Part shown: piece after piece, positions 57,997 through 64,000 of the stretch
How positions within the stretch are numbered: position 1 is the stretch's first letter
How the letters are laid out: every line of letters starts with the position of its first letter
NCBI GenBank assembly: GCA_905178155.1
Contig: CAJINV010000002.1
Coordinates: forward strand, 634,422 to 698,421
Source of the DNA: Amoebophrya sp. A120
Lineage: Eukaryota > Protista > Dinoflagellata
Length of the DNA: 64,000 nt
Direction of reading: 5' to 3'
Program-made: the position numbers and the translations under genes
Notes under the pieces: model-generated
Told to the model about the DNA's origin: nothing
What the model saw: the letters and a program-made list of their open reading frames with translations, nothing else
Database searches by the model: none

Positions 57997-60016
57997 AAGA
58001 TTTTTCTCGAGGCTTGCCAGAAGTTGTGCGGGGAATAGAGCGGGGCCGTCGTGCCAAATGTGAAATCGCCTGTATTTTCCGGGTTGTCTTGGCTTTCACA
58101 AGCAGATTTCCGAAACGCGCACCGAGCAAACGAATAAGAATCTACAACCAAGTCAACCGAGGGCTCGCACACTACCCACAAGCCAATAGTGTTCTTTAGG
58201 CGCAAGCAGAAATAAATCCCGGTAAAATGTAATCCAAAAAGGGCACAATATCCATCAATGTGTTCTGGCCGGACCTAGTCCAGCCCCAGCGTAGTAAAGG
58301 TTCTTTGTGCTTCATCCTAAAGCATCGCGTAAGCCCCTAACGTTTCCCGTGGTGTGGACGTTCCTGATGCGGTAAAGACAAAAGTGGCGCGCAGTTAGTC
58401 AGTGCAGGAACCTAGATCATGCAGCAGCATGCTCTGCGCTTCATTTTCTGAACCCTGCGTCGGATTTCCGGTCCTACCAGTGGAAACTGGGGCGCCATTT
58501 TGCGCCTTTTGATCCATTTGCCATGCATTTTTGGAACTAAAATATGCCATTTTTGACCTGAATCAGGCCTAATTTGAGCTAAAATAGAGCCTAATTTGTT
58601 GAATTTACATGAAAAAGGTAGCTGTACGTGCCAAAAGCGGAGATTTTCCCAGAAGAGCTGCAACGGTCGAAGTCGAAGACGACCACGAGCGTTGTAGCCA
58701 TTATAGTATAGCGAAAACTGTAAAGCCAAATCACGCCAGCAAGGCTACCCCAATGTAAATCTGTAATGCGAAAAGGAAATAAATATAAACCTGAACCCAG
58801 CTCCTGCGTGAAGTGATGCGGAATCGCGCATCTCCTCCAAGCGCGGCCGCGGTTCGTTTCAAATAAAGAAGCGACAACCCTTGTCGCGCTGATGTGTAGT
58901 ATATGCAGCTAACTATCTTCATAGAACAAACCATGCTTCGTTCTTCGCTGCGCGTCAAGTAATCACAGCCAGAAGTTGTGCGCCAGAAGAATCACTGTTC
59001 AAGATTTTTCTGGAGGCTTGCCAGAAGTTGTGCGGGGACTAGAAAGAACGGGGCGGCGGAGAAAAAAGAGTACTCGTCTATTTTCCACGGCAAATGGCTC
59101 ATGGTGTGGGACGAACGCTAGCAGGACAGAGAGAGAGATTGGAGCACACACTCTACGCAAAATAGACTTTCGAAAGATACTAGTGCGAGGCACGGGGCGG
59201 AGCCATCTGGTTATTGGTAGGAAAAAACTTGCAACGCCTACTGTACGCAACACGACCGACGTCTTTCCTTGAAGATCTTTTTCGATCATGGATCTGCGTC
59301 AGGATTTTACTTGCTTTTAATCTTCCGCGCATTACAAATTTAGAAAGAACGCCCACGCGCGTTTATTTGTCAAAAAAAGCCAATCAACACGACGAAGCTT
59401 TCGCGAGCATCAGGTAAAAGCTTAACCTGTTGGATCATGTAGTGAGACCGTGCCAAATGGTAAAAACTTGTCATCTGTGTGTACGAATCGAGCAGGGCGT
59501 GGCGGGCTAAGTAGACACGTGGTCACGCCACTTGATCACGAAAACGCTTAAGACGGGAGCCGTAATAAATGCAAACGGAGCTGCGCGACCGCTACTAAGC
59601 TCAGAGGCAGGACGGCTCAAGCACAGGCGCTCCTACTTGCCACCCATCGCCATTTCTTTCATGATTGCCAATGGGCACCGTTATCAAGTTGGCCACTGGA
59701 CATGACAAAAGCAAAAAAAACTCGCATGACAAATCCACTTATTTGCGTGAGCTCTTGCGTATCCTATTTAAGGCCAAGAAGAACACCTGCATCTCCGCAT
59801 TTTTTGCCAGTGGAGGAAAGGCTACCGAGCCAGCCGCCGTGGGGGCCGACGCATCTGGGACTTTTCTGCGCTGCCACCCTGCCGAGTCGCGTGCTCTCCG
59901 TAGACGAACCTGCTAGACATGTGGGTTGCGTATGAGGGCGTTTATTTCGGTACTTGGAGTAAGATTTTTCTCGAGGCTTGCCAGAAGTTGTGCGGGGACT
60001 AGAAAGAACGGGGCCA
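57997..60016. repeat. Three copies of a ~55-bp motif spaced ~1 kb apart
   Basis: AAGATTTTTCTCGAGGCTTGCCAGAAGTTGTGCGGGGA(C)TAG at ~57997, ~59001 and ~59960. Confidence 0.85.
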
Positions 60017-60631
60017 TCATGCCAAACACATGGTTGGATACCGCAGAAGCAGGCAGCAATGCCTTATTTTGGTTGATAACTTCTAATCTTGTTGGATTTC
60101 GCTCTGTACAGTGTGATAAAATTTTCAACAAGTCCTCAAAGTTGTCGTGGTCTACTCCTGCGCATTAACAAAATCTTCAAAAGCTGTCGGACTTGCGGCT
60201 CTGTGCAACGTCACAAGAGTGTCTGAAGATCTTCACCCCATAGTCATAGTCCTAGTAAAGCTTCTGGGTCCGTAAACAAGTAGAATCCAAATTCTGTCTC
60301 TGTCTCGTCTGTCTTGATACTAATCTGTCATAATCTGTTAAAACGGTTTGCTAATAAGGTTTTGCTCCTGCCGTGAATAATCTGTGTCATAATCTGTTAA
60401 AACGGTTGTCGGTGTATTGAAATTTGTCAATAAATCTGAGTAGTATTAAAACGGTTGGCTCTGCGAGATATCAAACTAGTCCGATAAAGTTACGATCACA
60501 ATGAAGTGAAAGCTTAGCTGGCTCTGATCGGCAAACTTTCGATTACACAAAACGAGTAACTCTTCTACCTGTGCTCTCAAACGGTTCGCTGTTCTGTAAA
60601 GTTTGTTGAAAACTTCCTTTACTTCATCCCC

Positions 60632-61903
60632 TTACGCCATCTGCCGGATGACTGCCAGCCCGAGTTCTCGCAACTCTGCTTCCCACGTGCGCGCCTTATG
60701 CATTGCAAAAGCATCGTGCTAGTATGAATTGCATCACAAACTTCCTCAGCATTAGCAATGGAATGTGTCATGCTGTTTCACCCTAGAAGGAAGAAGATTT
60801 GTCATGCATATTTGCAATTAGAGCGAGTGCGATTCTTTTGCAGTTGATACGCCTCGTTCTCGTAGAGAAGCTTCATTCGGTTTCGTCGGCGCTTCGGGTA
60901 TGGTGGGGGAAAGGACTTGTTGAGTTTGTCATGCAACATAGGATGAAAGCATACCCATGCGATAGTTTCTCATGCACAAAATGCATACACAAAAAACATT
61001 CCCCATAGAGATCTATGCATGACAAAGTGAAGAACTACAAACGCAACAGCAAAGTTCTTTCCCCCACCATATTTTCAACTCGATGTTGGCCTGTTCCAGC
61101 TCCTCGTTGATGGCCCTGATATTGTTTTTTTTTTCGGTAAGGATCGATTTGTCATGCGTTTCTTTGCATGACAAAGTCTGAGATGTAATGCACGTTTCTG
61201 CATGACAAATTCAAAAAACTCTAGTACTCCGTTTCCCTCTTCTGGTTGTCTTCGAAGTCGAACTTCACCTTCTGTTCAAACCACCAAATTGTGCATTGCA
61301 AAAGCCGCATCGCACTCTTTCTCGTACAACTTCTAATTGCGATCTTGCATGACAGATATTTTTTCTCTAGCTGGATCAGCAATGCAAATTCCTTTCTACT
61401 TTCTCAGAATTTGCAATGCAATTTCCTCTACAAGTAGTGCGAACCGTCTTTTTGCAATGCATAGCAGTCTCCCCGGCGATCTTGACCATTTTCGAGCAAT
61501 ACTCGCTGGCCTCCGCATATTTATCAAATGGAAAAATCCCATATCGAAAAGAAAGCCACAGAAAGTCTGCAATGCTGATTGGTGACCACAAATCGTCTCT
61601 GTCTTGCAAGAAGGCAAGTCCACAGGTTGCGCCGCATTACGCAGGCGGTTTGTGATGCTGTTGGGCCGACAGCGTGGAAATTTGTCATGCTAGACGCCCT
61701 TGTCAAAACCTTGCTTCCCAGGGTTGGCATAAGCGTGCAGTCCTCTACTGCAAGACGAATCTGATTTGTGTACGCAAATCCAGCATTACAAACTTCCTTT
61801 TCGATATGGGGAGGGCGAGGGGGGATTTCTGCTTTTGATAATATTTCGTGTTTTCCTTCACCCGCCTCTGGATCACGAAATCAGGTGGGAGTTTCATCGC
61901 CAT
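60632..61903 (-). CDS. Small coiled-coil protein resembling CFAP141/C1orf189 ciliary microtubule inner proteins
   Basis: MAMKLPPDFVIQRRVKENTKY...INEELEQANIELK...RRRNRMKLLYENEARTWEAELRELGLAVIRQMA*; introners 61522-61840 (DR ATATT), 60697-60849 (CGCCT), 60899-61071. The family match is by eye and some junctions are unresolved. Confidence 0.5.
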
Positions 61904-64000
61904 CTTTGCTTATACTTTGATTTGTGAAGGATTGAAAAAAGTTTATTTCACAAGTTGCTGCTCATACACGACCACTTTGCTCCTAATATCAATTTCGTTT
62001 ATCTTTTTACAACTGAGGAGGAGGAGGAATAAACTCTACAGTCAGCTTCTAACTACTAAGCTACTCTCTCTGTGTAAGCTAACCATAGGAAAGATTTTCG
62101 CTGGGACTAGGTGCTGCCTGCCGATGGTTTGCAACGCTTCAACTTTCCAGGTAGTTGTAGCCGGTTGTCTCTTTCGGCTGGTATGCGACCCCCTCAGCAG
62201 GTCTACTCACGAGTGTCCTTTGTCGTCTTCGCTGCTTTTTACAGTGGCTCTGTAGATCGGTCGACGTGTTGACTTAGTTGTGGTCTGCCGCTGGATCTTA
62301 GTTTTGTGACGTTCTGACTACCCAAGGGTGGGCAGCCGAAGCCGCCGTGGCCAAGGGATGCCAGGTTGCCCCTGAGGGGACTTATTCGTCACCGCGGTAG
62401 GAAGAAGTGAGCCACTGCGACGGTTAGTTGTGAGGACACCCGAGGTAGAGTTACCCGTCGTGTGCCGCCCGCTGCAGAGGATTTGTAGTCCCTCCGCAGT
62501 CGTCATGAAGTAATGCAGAATGCTGATAGTGCGTCGCCCGCTCCGACGTAGTACAGAAAGCTCCCCCGTCGTCGATCCTCGGTTGACCCTCCCCCGTCGT
62601 TGGCGGAAATCCTTCTGTCGCGCGTGTAGGCGCGTCCACGTCCGACGTCGTTAAGAGGGGCGTTCTTCTCGAGCACGCTGGCTGTGCTGATGCACAAAGA
62701 AAGATAGCCTGGGTGGAATCAAAGGAAATAACCAGGGGAACGGAAAAAGATCGATGAGGACAAGCCCACGGGTTCCCCTCACTGACATGTCCTGCGCCCT
62801 CGTCCCTAAGAAAAGCGCAGGCCCTTGTCGCGTCGCTCGATCACGGCACGAAGGTCACGACCACGGCGGGCGCGGAGGTGGAGCGTGTTATCTACTACTA
62901 GTCATTATTTTTTCGTAGGCCCGGTTTCTACTTCTGTGTTGGTCTCGGTAAAAGGAAAACGCGTAAAGTAAAATATAGACTATCGACACGCGCCTGCGCT
63001 GTGATCGCGGGCGGCAGTATCCGTTCCCGTGCCTGCGGTGTGCCGGGGCCATTGAAGGGGGTCAATGCACTATGCAATTTGTCAAGCAGTATATCTACCT
63101 GACCTTCTTTTTCAACATCATGCGCACTGTATATTTGTCTATCCGTATCCGCCCTTACACTGCGTAGCGCAGTGGGCACCTCCGCTCTCACATGACATCA
63201 TGCCTACTCCGGTCGCGGCGGGCAAGCATGCTTATTCGGTGCCTTGTGCACGAGTCCCCCCCTCCGGTCCCCATCCGCGACGGCCCTCATGGCTCACCGC
63301 GGCTAGTCTGCTGTTTGGGTTCTATGCCTCTTTTCCACGATATCCCGCGGGGGGGGAGGGGGTGCGGGTCCAAGGTTGGCGGGCACGCCTCGCGTATCAC
63401 CGAGCTTGTGTCTCCAGCCGCTAGTCTTACTGCTACTTTTTATTTACTACTCTATCCGGAGCCTTCTATCTAACTCCACGACGGGGCTATTCGGTGGCCC
63501 GTGCTGCAGCGGCGCTGTCAGTGAGGGGGGCGACGCCATCATTTTCTTTCTTGTATTTTTGTAGTAAGAGTGAACTGCTACAGAAAGTTTTTGTGTTGTT
63601 AGCACTACTGTAAAAGGGGCACAGAGGACCCGCCACGTACGGGTGTTTATTTAATTTCATTTCGAAACTCCACTGCAGGGAGTCGGGGGAGGTACCGACG
63701 TGGCGTCAGTGGTAGGTAAACAATTGATGAGAAAAACAAGAGATGGTCCTACTCTACGGCATAGCTCCCCCTGTTCTACATTGATGGATCTCAGGCAACA
63801 AGACAAACGTCTTGAGCCAAATTTATCTTTTTACAACTGCTGCCCATGAAGATGACAACTTGAACTTTCATCACTACCCTCTTTCGTGAGTGAAAACAAA
63901 TTCCTCGACTTTGTTCTACTTCTTTCAACGGACCCACTCAGGAGGACCCCCTCGCTTGACGACCCCGAAAAATTCCCCTCTGAAAGAATCCCACGTGAAA

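Noticed and set aside
62200-64000. LTR or other element at the window end
   Set aside because: GC-rich and introner-free, but no terminal repeat or coding motif could be identified.

Overview
Eukaryotic, intron-dense genomic DNA. It most likely comes from a syndinian dinoflagellate such as Amoebophrya; this is an inference from the non-canonical introner-type introns. All coordinates and reading frames were worked out by eye. About 70 short elements (about 110-450 bp) interrupt the genes. Almost all start TAT and end ATA, carry terminal inverted repeats (TIRs) of roughly ten families, and sit between 5-bp direct repeats (DR). Removing an element plus one DR copy restores the reading frame. 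Five minus-strand host genes can be rebuilt this way: a DUF202-type membrane protein, a secreted/type-I mucin-like protein, a multi-EF-hand protein, a ~1,700-aa kinesin-14 with N-terminal hydrophobic segments and two PH domains, and a small CFAP141-like protein. The main discovery is a 25.7-kb hAT-like giant DNA transposon at 14639-40315, with an 8-bp target-site duplication (ACATTTTT) and imperfect ~52-bp TIRs. It is inserted inside an introner, and that introner splits an EF-hand loop (DTDGD|GKLSLDE), making a ~26-kb non-canonical intron. The element encodes a ~1,500-aa DDE transposase, itself split by two introners, and cargo genes, one possibly related to 5-hmdU-modifying helical enzymes. 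An inverted array of its terminal 11-bp motif lies almost exactly at its midpoint.
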